In this document: positions 1-11,800 of the stretch, piece by piece
Numbering within the stretch: the first letter of the stretch is position 1
Layout: every line of letters starts with the position of its first letter
Assembly: GCA_051362555.1 (NCBI GenBank)
Contig: CM120642.1
Coordinates: forward strand, 9,920,001-9,984,000
Source of the DNA: Lingula anatina
Taxonomy: Eukaryota; Animalia; Brachiopoda
Reading direction: 5' to 3'
Length of the DNA: 64,000 nt
The notes under the pieces: generated by a model
The model's database searches: none
Told to the model about the DNA's origin: nothing
The model's input: the letters and a program-made list of their open reading frames with translations, nothing else
Made by a program: the position numbers and the translations under genes

Positions 1-169
1 ATAAGTATATGTAATACTGAAAATTCATAAAACAATTCTCATTTAAATAGGTCCTGTCAATAGTGAAAGGTAAAACTAGCAACATATTCTCAAAAACAAA
101 AATAGATAAATAAAAATGAAAAAATATATATATAAAGAAAGAAAAGAAAAATAAGAAACTAACTCTTAC

Positions 170-630
170 TTGATTACTGATTTAGATCCGTGGGTGGAAT
201 CTGCACCTTCGCCCGTCAGTCTACTAGCTATGTAATCTAGCCCACAGAGTAGAGTGCTGAAATACCAAATAAACAAAACACGGCACAGTTGAGCTAATTA
301 ATAGAGGTGGACCTCAATACACGAACTTTTTTCTTTTTTCTTTTCACATAGAAAGAAAATTAATATATGCTCGTCGATATTTAGTTTCTTACTTAATTAT
401 AAATTATCAGAGAACTAAAACTGTAGGGGTGATAGGGGTGATTTAATGGTGATATTACTAGATGTCTCCGGATCCATTTTCGTCTAGAATCTTCACTGCA
501 TTCAAAATGCTGCCCTTGCTAACAGAAGCTATCAGTCCTGAATCACAAAAAAGAACCACTTAGAAAACCAACTTTAGTTCATATGCAACAGTTGGACTTA
601 TATAAATATTGTTTGTATGCTATTTTTTAA

Positions 631-688
<58 letters not shown>

Positions 689-1708
689 AGTGAGGGCGCA
701 CGTGCGTGCGTGCGTTCTACATGTACTGTGTGCCGTGTGTTATGAGCAGGGTCTTACCTGCTACTATAGAGCCGTGTCCATGGGTATCAGGAACGATCCA
801 GGTGTTCGTATTGCCATCCACGCAGTTGTGCGCCTAAAATAATCCAAATCAATTCTATGTTACTCTTTTTCAATCAATAAATAGAAAAATACATGAATAC
901 ATGAATGGTCCAAGGAAGAAATATGGAAATAAAGACTGAATACTGCGGCAAAACTTAACAAATTTTTATCATAAGGGCCCTTGGTGTTTTAAACTGAAGA
1001 ATATCCCGTGACAAAGGGTCCACCTCTAATTGGTTTGCACAGCTACATGGCCCCGTCCTAAATTTTGACCCGTACGATTCTAATGGGGGGGAGCATGCTG
1101 TCTTTTACATGTACAAGGACTCTCAGTTTCTTTACACCGGTGTGACAGGAATGGCTGTCCACTAGGAACAGTAGTCCGTTTCCCATTATTTTGTACAGGT
1201 GACATTCGTCCCATGAACTAACCCAAATAATTTGACTAACCCTAATCTGCCCTATTCATATGGGACACCAAACGTCCATTACTGGGACTACCATTCCTGT
1301 CACACCTGGCTTCCATTTCTAGGACTTCTATACTCTCTACTAGAGGTCTTTTAGCTATTACAAAGTTCCAGATAACTACATGCAATTTTGTAACACGTAG
1401 AAAACCTCTGGTAGAGAATAGGTCTACCTTTTTCATTTCTACCTACTATAACGTGACAAGACAATAGATTAAATCTGACACTGGAATAATAAATCCTTCA
1501 CTCACCCATTTCACTCTGTTTTGAAAACCCCTGTGGTCTCGATTTATCCCACTTTACAGCAAATTGGGAAAGAGAAAAAAAAGTTATATTATCAATCAGA
1601 AAACCACGAACATCTAGTTAATCGCTTCATTGTATTTTCTACCGTTAATCCCCACTCATTGCATTTTAAAATCTAACACGTGACATGTAATCCATCTAAA
1701 ATTATTAC

Positions 1709-1740
<32 letters not shown>

Positions 1741-4700
1741 ATATATTAACATGTATATTTAAAAAAGACAACTTACGTATCCAGAACAAAAACGTCTACT
1801 GGTGACCTGAATTCTGTTGAAGATAACGAAAAGATTAAAGGCGACACTCAATCAGATCAAATCAATGTATGTATTGTAGTATTTTAACATGCAATAAGCA
1901 TATAGCTACTTGACGGTTTCACGTCAAACTAATCTTAACATCTCACGCACGCACACACGCACGCACACTCACTCAAAGAACTCCCAATAATTCTGACCCT
2001 GTTCAGTTCAGAAATGTCTTTTTTCAATTCATAAACATGAACGGAATGATAAATAAATAAAATAAAATAAAAATAAAGCTAGTTTTTAATTAACAAAGCA
2101 TAGCACGATTTAAAATGCGTGTTTTAAACACTAAAACTCCATTTGTTGCAAAGAAGAAATAACAGATCACGAGGGTTGTAATGATTGCAATAGACCAAAA
2201 TTCGACAATCGCTTTGTGGAATGCCTTTTGGTATACTGAAGTTGTGTAGGTGTGGTTGACCTCATGCATTTAAGGAAGAACTTAAAAACGAAAATCTAAA
2301 TGTTTTTTTTTTCTGCTCCAAGAATTCATTCTCTTCTGTTTCTGATTAATTAAAATTATTTTGAGATGGCCCTCTGGATAGAATGGCGTTTACAAGTGGC
2401 CAAAATGATAAAATTATCAATCAATGAACAAGAAAAAAGCCTTACCTTCTGTTCTAAACGTGCTATCTAATTTTCCATCCCTTTGATCAATGCGGTCTAA
2501 GAACTAGATTAAAATCGAAAATGAATAACGTTGCAGAGTTTAGATAACGTTTTTAAAATATATATTTAAATTGTGTATCCCCGGTACATGAGTGATTTGA
2601 TTCAGAGGAGGGTCAATATGTGACGATTGTCAGAAACGGATAAACGTACATGTATCTCTTAGATACTGGAATATGCATTCTATAGCAAACAATTGGCATG
2701 CTTAATTTTGTTACATTTGTTAAATACGTTGATGTCAATTTACATGAGAACAAGTTGTAAAAATAGAGGAAACTGTATTGCATGTCGTAATTACCCAGTC
2801 AAACTCATTACGATTTATTTCAGTTCCAGCAGCTTCAACCTTAAAATTGGGCTCGATGTAGTCGATGTCGTCTCCATAATCTGCCAAACTCCTAAGGATG
2901 CTGGGAAATGAGATTTGTATAAAAGTAATAACGATTTTCGATAAAATGTCCTTCCAAGTATGTAAAACAAGCAAAAACGATAATTCAGAATTAACAGATC
3001 ATAACAAATCATAACATAACACATCACACTTCATCGAAAAACAATTGATGTCCAATTTCATCGAGTAAGGTCCTTTTCCAAGCCATTGTTTAATGTGACC
3101 ACCGTTAGTTTAATTATCACACCGTTTATTTGATAGTCACGTTCTTGGCTGAACAACATATACTACAGACTTGACATTTAATATGGAATATTTCAGTTTC
3201 GAAGGTATACCTAGGTAAAAATACGTTTTCTTTTCAAAATACTCCGATTTCATATAAGATTTATGAATGTAAAAGTGTGCAGTCAGGTGTGTCACTACCA
3301 ATTAACTGACTTTCATGCCTGTTGCGCTGCTACATTATGTAATTTTCAGTGATTTAATTGGGTAGCGTTCCTTTGGGCTGATCAAAGCTTGGCTTAGGCA
3401 AAGCTTGGTTCTGCCAAAAAAGTATCCATATTTCGGCAACTACTGCATAGAAGAATTTGAAATTTTGCATGCAAGCGGTCAGTTTTGCAGTGCGTAAGAT
3501 GAGTCAAGTAGTGCACTACAAATTTGTTAATCTTAGGCAGAATTGCTCGAAAAAGACAGACATAACCAGACAGATCATAGCGCCAAACGGAACGGTCCCC
3601 ACAGTTTTATAGAGTAATGCCCAGACTGATGTACCTACACAGAAGTCACCCCCAATGTATCAAAATTTTACCTACAGGGTACAGGATGCACTGTCTTTCG
3701 GGATACGCTGCTGCAACCTAACAAAAAACACTTAGTCTGTTCAGAACGAGGGGTAAATTGCCACTAAAATGCGTTTTTCAAAGCCCTTAGCGAACAACAA
3801 ACTGGTTTTAGCAGGTAAGAACACCAAATGACCTCCGAGGTACCCACTGTATACAGCAAAACATCGTCGTCTGTTTCTCTAATGAATTGGGGGCCATGAA
3901 CGATTCTAGGTAGAACACTGAAACTGCGTGTCTTTCTTTATTGCGGTCAGATTTCACCTGTACCGCCCAATTAGTCAAAACAGAGTTTACAGATATCCAG
4001 AAGAGGCCTACGACGAAGCATATGCGGGGTCTAAAGTGACAAGGGTGATTGACAGCGTCAGCATTTGGAGTAGATTCCACATTGGTGCCAAAACACCAAT
4101 GGTAGTCATCGACGAAAACCTGAACCAGATCAAATAAGGGAATAATCTCGGGACCACTTGACTATCATTTGATAGGGGGCACCTTAGGAACAATTCTAGG
4201 TTGCACGATGAGGTTGCAGGTTCACACAGAGCACTTTTAATAGCAGATAACTTACAGAACCAAGGGTCATCAAAATCGCCACATTTGAAGCACATAGACA
4301 ATATTTCGGTAGACCATTACTCACCATTCAACTGCCTACATGTCCTACAACAAAACTGGACCAGATTGGACAATTTTAGACCGATGCCTGGAATGCTATT
4401 CCAGATTGAACTCTAAAAACCTACCCCCAAGAAATGCCTTGCCGCTTGAGAGCGCTGGCAACAGCCACGAAGAGGCCAGGCGTAACAAAGACCATTACTG
4501 TGACTAGCAACTGACATGAGGTTCTTTTGTGGAGCGTATTACCCTTTTACAGACGATAATTTGGAAAATATGGAGATCCAAAATATCTCTTTTAATGGGA
4601 GTCGTATGACATAGAATAGGCAATGTGTTTTTGTTTGCTTCTCTGGCGAATACCATAAATGAACTGATGTCACAATGACATCAAAGAGATAATGTAAACT

Positions 4701-6914
4701 TATTAAAACACGATTTTAATCCTTATTTTCATTTATCGGTCAGCAAAATAGGAAAAAACTGATAAAAAATTATTTCGAAAAAAATATTCCATATTAAATG
4801 TCAAGTCTGTATAATACATAATTTCATTCTTTCATGACCAACGTGCTATTTGTTTTATTTACCTTTTAATTCTCCCTTTATTCAAAACTTTCAGTTTGTA
4901 GTAGCTTCTTCCAGGGAGATTATACACGGGACCATCAACGTCGATATCGGAGACGCCAAGTGTATTCTTAACTACCTGCTTGTGGCTTTTAACTAAATCC
5001 AAGTGAGAACGGAAGAAAGATGATAATTGGTGTTTTATACCCATTTCAATTTAGAATCATTGTATTAACTGTTGATATCAAATGCATGTTAGAATTGAAG
5101 TTCTCGAATTATGTTACATATGTATTCATTTTTTGTATGTTGTTACGTTTCTCTATTATCTCATAAACAAATAGTCAGAATCTTACTATGTAGAGTAGAA
5201 TGAATGACAAGACAGAGGAGGTAAAACGAATACCTTGGGCCTTATCCTTTCCTTTCTTCATGGCAACAATGTATTCTCCTTCTATGGCATTCTTGGGGTT
5301 TTTGGCCTCTCTGATTTTTGCCTGTCCCGGCGGGGTTTTCTTTACAAACCCCATGTCAAGCTTCACAGCTACAATATTACAATTATTGCTTTGGTTAAAA
5401 AAAAAAAATAAATAGATACATAAGTGTGTAATAAAATATACTCATTTAAGATATTGAATCATTGATACATACAAAAGGCATGAAAAGGCATGCAATGTTT
5501 ACTTGGAAATTGATAATGCCAAATGTGAAATGCCAGTTGTGCGGAAGTCGGTATATGGACATGTCTGTAGATGGATATTGGGTTATGTGGTTTGTATTTT
5601 AGGCGTTTATCCTACTGTTTTATTTGGTGTTCTTGTGGGTACGCGAAAAGTTCCTGTTAGAATTTAGTGTTCTGAAACACATTAGCTGATCACGACTTCA
5701 CCATTCTTTTTATCTCGATTACTGGTACTTTCACAATGGCTCTAACCTTAATAGTGCGTGTGGTTTGATTGATGGAATTAATGTCTATTTGTCAGTGAAT
5801 TATCCTTAATGTGGAACTGGATACTTGTAATTCAATTAAAAGAAGTTGAATAACAATGTGGTTTCACACTTCGACCAACTCGCTGCATTAACTTGTATTT
5901 TACTCATTTTTGTACCCATTACTATTGTTTTCAGAAGTTATTCTGTTGATGATAACAAATTAATAGATTTACACATCTTACGGTCTCTCTAACTACTGAC
6001 AGCTTTACCATTTTGACAGCACGATTTCATAATTTTTACGGCTGTTTCCCCACTTCTTGTTCCCACACTTTCCATGTTCCACACAACGCAACCGATGTGT
6101 GTCTCCACACATGAAGTACTTTTAAGTACTTAAAAGAGTTTTAATTTTTTATCAGATAGAAAGCGTGACAATATAAACAATAAAACCAAACACTATTGTA
6201 TGGAATAATGTGCATGCGTTGGTTGTTAAATGCATATATATCGTAATACGAAATCTCTCTCCGAGAATATTTAAGTCAGAAATCGCAATCGGTCAACAGA
6301 AATTCAGAGGTTTATCTAGAGCGCGTGCTTCAGTTTAAGTGTTTTCAGAAGAGTGGAGAGTGATGTTTACGTTGGTATTTTATTTTTAAAATACACACTC
6401 AAAAAATGCGTCACAAAAGTGTATTTCTGGTCTTCAGTTTGCTTGCATTATCATTAACTTCAGAATTGCGCTAGGTGAAAGAAGTCGCCTGTAACCACTA
6501 AATGCATTCGGAACACATTTTGCATGTAATAAAATCCTGGCATAATCATCAGCAACACTTAAATAAACTGCCATAAAAACAACACGTTCACGTATCATCG
6601 AATCATCACGTACCTTCCGATAGTGCCAATGAGCAAATCAAGCCGATCACAGCTAACCTGCAAATAGATCAGTATTATCCTACATTATTGTACAACACTG
6701 TTTGAGAGAGAGATGGGGGGAAGGAGAGAGAGAGAGAGAGAGAAAGGGGGAGGGGGGCGAAGATGGCCCCAGTATACAGAATTGGAAATATAATTCTTAC
6801 AAATGTACGTACGTCCTATCAAAAATGGACCTTATTAATATGCTCTCCTAATGCAATGCAGTTGCACAACAAGGAGAAAGAGCTTCTTATATTTGGCGCC
6901 TCTTACCTCATCAT
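170..6914 (-). CDS. Secreted subtilisin-like serine protease, proteinase K/aqualysin subfamily (S8A) with I9 prodomain; 5' part only, runs off the left edge
   Basis: Frame-consistent GT-AG exons (minus): 6914-6907, 6657-6614, 5368-5234, 4992-4863, 2900-2795, 2503-2446, 1813-1777, 1551-1506, 833-758, 537-459, 256-170. Translation: signal peptide MMRLAVIGLICSLALSEA; I9-like IEGEYIVAMK...DIDYIEPNFKV; mature WFLDRIDQR, catalytic Asp motif VDVFVLDTGI, catalytic His motif DTHGHGSIVAG, AVKILDENGSG, GLDYI, SVI(N). Catalytic Ser lies outside the window. Confidence 0.88.
631..715. repeat. Compound (TC)n(GT)n(GCGT)n microsatellite
   Basis: Directly visible in a subtilisin intron. Confidence 0.9.
3560..4500 (+). 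mobile_element. Degenerate Tc1/mariner-family transposase remnant (intronic)
   Basis: Broken-frame peptides RFHLYRPISQNRVYRYPEEAY, SVSIW...KTPMVVIDENLNQ, DAWNAIPD* and MPCRLRAL resemble the Tc1 DDE-domain consensus (SRF.L....RVWR..GERY; SVMVWG...LVVIDGNLN; W..IP; MPRRC.A) in the correct order. Stops and frameshifts present; TIRs not identified; ends approximate. Confidence 0.6.
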
Positions 6915-7026
6915 GTTGGTTTGTCGAAATCCTGCTGCCGTCTTTTTCTGGTGACTTGTTGTGGCTATTTCCTTCACCCGTGTGCCGCCAAAACGTTAAA
7001 TGTGTACAAGTGCACGCTAGAGCGCC

Positions 7027-7034
7027 CTTTTATA
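7027..7034 (-). promoter_or_regulatory. TATA box of the subtilisin gene
   Basis: TATAAAAG on the minus strand about 115 bp upstream of the ATGATGAG|GTAAG first coding exon. Confidence 0.6.
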
Positions 7035-8765
7035 ACACTTCCTACTGCCTGCGTCACGCGTGCTGCCATTAGCCGTGTTTTATTTCGAACGAAATTCAAG
7101 AACCGTGACGAACATTAAAAACGCGCTTCACGAAGATCTTGTGGTTTCAAATGAATTATTTGCAAAGACATCAGTGGCCGTGGTTAACGTTTTATTTTAA
7201 TTCAGAGCGAATTCGTTAAAATATTTACATCGATTTTAAACAATTTTGAGGAAAATGCTCCTCGATGAATTCACAATTTCGTGTTTGAGACTGGCATTCA
7301 TTAAAGTTTTTGCACTAAATGGGTAGTGAGAAAACGAGTTTATTAAATGCAGAGCTGTGTTTCTAAATCGAAAATGAGAAGAAAAAATTGTGTTTAGCGT
7401 TTTTATGTATGGTGATGGTAAAGCTGCCATAAAACTAACCCAGTAATTGAGGAATTACACGTTATCATTTCAACGTAAACAGCAATTATTTCTTGGGTAG
7501 ATTAAACATTGCATCTAAGGGTTGTGGCATCATTTAATCTTTAAAATCGTGTCTACTTTTACACTAAAGAGGAAACAAAAATAAGACAGATCCCAGGTAA
7601 TTAAAAATGTGGTTCCATAAGTATGCTACGCCTTTCACTTAAACATACATTTCCTAGTTTGCCATTTGCCTTTAGTTTGTGTTCATCTCTGTGACAAACA
7701 ATGTGCTTTATTTTGCCATAAGTCCATATTTGTCAAGCCTTGCACTGGGCAAAACAGTGGTCAGTATTCACTTCACTTTTGATGTTTTTAACTCGATTTT
7801 ATTCAAACGAGGTTTGAACAATCTGGATTTGTTAAGTCGGTGATTTTAAAAATAGCTTATTAAAGCATATTTGAACAGCTACTGAAGTTTATAATCATCT
7901 AATTTTCTCATAGTTCCTTCGATGATATTGATGTTTCAGTTAAGTTTCTTAGTATTAGAGAAAATGTTATCGATAGCATTTTGATCAACTCACAAAGTCC
8001 GTTGACCCGCATTCAGAGTATCTGTACTAATACATACTAATTTCACTAAACAATGAAGTCCATACGTGTTTTTCCGATTTTGGTCTTTAATATAATCGTC
8101 TTAATTACAAATCATTTGATTGAACGGACACATGAAACGCTACATTTGAGGCCTTTGAGGTTCTATTTGCAAGGTTTTATCGGAAGACACTTTAAACTTC
8201 ATCTTAATACGTGACAGGGACTCTCTTTAATCACTTCCTCATTGGGGTTAACGCGTGAAAATGGACATTTAATGTTGTCTGCAGTGCATAGAATCTTAAA
8301 TATATGTTTATCATTTTGAATTTTTCTCTCGTTTGAGGCCTACCTATAATCCATTAAAAGAAATTGTCCAAAATTAGTCATTCTTATGGCCATATTGAGA
8401 TACCTTGTCATACCGCACATATCCTAAATAGTGAGATGAAAGACAACGTGAGTTTTCTTTATTCGCATTATTCTAAAACAAACGGTAATACACCTCTTAA
8501 AGTAGGAGTAAAACTAAAGACAGCGTTGAATCTCGAGGGAGCAAAAACAAAGTCGTTATATTTCGTTCATGCTCTGCATTTTCCTTTTATTTGCCAGTTA
8601 TGTATTAATTATTTTATATAAGTTGGTCCATCATTTGACACTATATGATTTCCAGAATTAGAGAAATCCGCTTTGTTAACCTTTTTCCCTCACAGGCCCC
8701 AGATCTATTAAAAGTCACTAATTATGGTTTCGCTATTGGCTTCCTCCCAGGCTGAGGAAAAGCGC

Positions 8766-8817
<52 letters not shown>
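8766..8817. repeat. (TAA)n microsatellite
   Basis: About 17 units. Confidence 0.9.
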
Positions 8818-8818
<1 letters not shown>

Positions 8819-11800
8819 TACAAAGTCACTATCAGGGCTTGAGTCTATTATATATATATTCAGTAGTACGATTAGTTGAAAGTAATATCTTAAAAGTGAG
8901 CATTTGAAAATATTGACTTCTTTGATAAAAATGAGCCCCAAACAGCAAGGCAGCTCTTACTGTACATGTAGCACATGTATGGCGCTCCCCTCTCTGCCGT
9001 TTTACATTTCATTGTAGACAAAAGCATCAATGGTTGCTCTCAGACAGTAAATATGAATAGGAATTTCACTTTTATGCCCCATTATTGAATATCATGGCAT
9101 TTATTTTCAGTTACTGCAAATTTTATCATGGGCGTAATGTTCGCCATGGCATCTAGGTTTTTTAGCTATTCCTTATGAATAATTTTGTAATTTTGTTTCT
9201 TTTTATGACATTCATATGGGAAACGGACCAATTTTAACTTTGAAGTGAAAAACTCCGTTTATGATATTTTACTTTTTAAATTTCTTTGTCATTTTTACAA
9301 GTTGCAAAAAATCAGCAGTTCATGTATTTAAATCAGATGTTGAATTTTGATAACAAAGCATTTATCTATTTTCTCTTTTTTTTCTGAAACTTTAAGCCTT
9401 TTGTCTTCTTTATCAAATCTCTCACGTATTCTTAGTATAGAAATACCTTACTTTGTAAGTAAAGAGGGCGCTCTTGTCCTTCTTTAACCAAATGAAGATA
9501 TCACTACGCTGAACGAACGAATGAACCACGTCAAAATCCCACCCTGGCATTTGTCAAAGCAAGTTCACTATTCATGTGAAACATTCAGATCGGAGAGAGA
9601 AAAAAATCTGGTTTTGATTCAAACAATCCTCAATCTAAAGATCGTCAAATTTGTTTGTCAAAGGTGTACTGGTATTGGTGTCGCAGCTATAGGTCTGTAA
9701 TCTACGGATGTGAGTTCTCGTCTGCCAGAGACCGAAGGGACATTCGGACACGGCTTTACTTTCGTGTCACTGAGCTCTTATTCAGTACGTGCAGAGCATA
9801 CATTGGGAATGTTGGCTCGATTGTAAGGCTCTGGTTTATTCCAAGCCAAAACCTTTTGCAGGAAAAAGTCTTTTTTGGTACGTTGGACTAACAGGTCAAC
9901 TCAACACCGTATATTTTGTTTGTTCAGCATCAATTTAACGGCCTTCTATGTAACTTGAAAATACTTTTTAGTATAGTTTTTTATAGAAATCTTTTCAAAT
10001 CAATTTCACACGTAAACCAGAATGACAAGACATTTTAAGGTGACGTGATAAATGTACATGTGAAACATTTTCGGCTCTCTTCAACAGAGGAAAACTTATC
10101 AGAAAAAGGAGCATTTGGATATAGCAAGCATTTTGTGTATACAAGCAATTTCATAGAGGTCATTTAGATAAGGTTAACATAAAAGATCTTTCCATCATTT
10201 CTTTAAAAAACGAGTAGGGGTTGGAAAATTGGAACCCATGTAATAAAGGAGAGCTTGAAAACTAACATCCTGGTAAGACCAGACAAATATAAGTAGCTAT
10301 AGACAAAAGAATCTCACAAATCTATAACATCCTCAACCACTGATGTCGCGAGTCTATGAACTCAATAAACAAGGCTACGTTCAACCACCCAGCACTCTAT
10401 TTTTTCTATTGTGTAAGCCTATGTATCAGGTTTACTGCTTCAAGTATCGCTAAATGAAGCAATTAATTAATTAAAGGAAATGTTTAAGTGTATGACATTG
10501 AGTGAGCAATGAGTGTAATGGTGAAATTATGCAGTTCGCAGATTGTGATTAATATTACTATGAATCATACCCATAACGGTCGTTTTATCGCCTATGAATA
10601 TATGAACAAGGGGATAAAATTGTTCTTTTTCTCGTGGTAATATATTTGATTGAGGCTGCCTGCGAGAACTAAATAGTGGAGACACTGATGCATACTTGAA
10701 AACGGAGACACTAAGAAACAGTCTGAAAACATCATAAACATATGTCAACCACGTTGCAACTTTTGAAACACAACTCCAAAGCATGGAAGTAATGTACACA
10801 AAATCATAAAAAAAATCTCCAAAGCATGGAAATAATGTTCATGAAAACAAATTATAAAATTAAATTTTGCAGTATATAAATAACCTTAACATTTTTTCGT
10901 CAAGTACATTGCTTTCTATATTTAACCAAAAATTCAGATTTAACCAAAAATGTACAATATAATTTTATTATTTTGCATTGGAAACTCTTCCATGGCTGCA
11001 GCGTTTTTTATTAATGAAATGGTGTTGTGTATTACTGCTAACAAACAATATGTATAACTTTAAGGTAAACAATGAAAGCAAATGAATTTTTAAAAAAGAG
11101 TTTGATAAGATTTTAAAAACAACATTTACTCTTAATTAATAAAGATGAGGCAGATGAAAATTCAATTTCGTGATCAGAGTCGTTTTCTCCCATCTCTGAT
11201 GTATCCCTGGACAAAAAATACGATGAAAAACACCGTAGAATCTCCCCAAGGGATTGAAGAAAACGATACTGTTTAGTAATCAACACTGGTGGAGTTCGGT
11301 TTCAGGGTCGCTTTGTAAAGAACATCTGGACTAAAGAGAAAACACGCGGTGCCCCATAAATCTTACTTTGACTTAACTCAATTGTTGGGCACTATTACAC
11401 ACGGGTTCGCACCTTTTTATTTGAAAAGTAACAAGCTTTTGCCCAGTAGTTACCTTCCCGATTCAATTTTAAATCAAAATACGTATTTAACTCCAAGACG
11501 TGCGACCTACCGATCTGTTGAGTTTGGTTAAGTGACGTGTTAACGACTTGAAAAGCTTTATCTGTTTCCTCAATCTAGTTAGCGTGATTGGAATTTTATT
11601 GCTGTCACATATCATAGACTGACGTTTTTCCTGTACTTTATCCTATTCTAGTACAAATTAAATTTGAGAATTAATTTTTGGTAGAGAACATTAAAAGGTT
11701 GTTTGAGGAGATACATTTATGGAGACAATCATTTATTCAATATTTAAATGAATTGAACCTACCACGGTTCGATTGATATTTTGTGTGCCAGATCTACGCT

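Noticed and set aside
5503-6130. Possible extra subtilisin exons (about 5503-5565 and 6008-6118, minus)
   Set aside because: Splice phases do not fit the frame-consistent model linking 6614 to 5368, and there is no recognisable homology.
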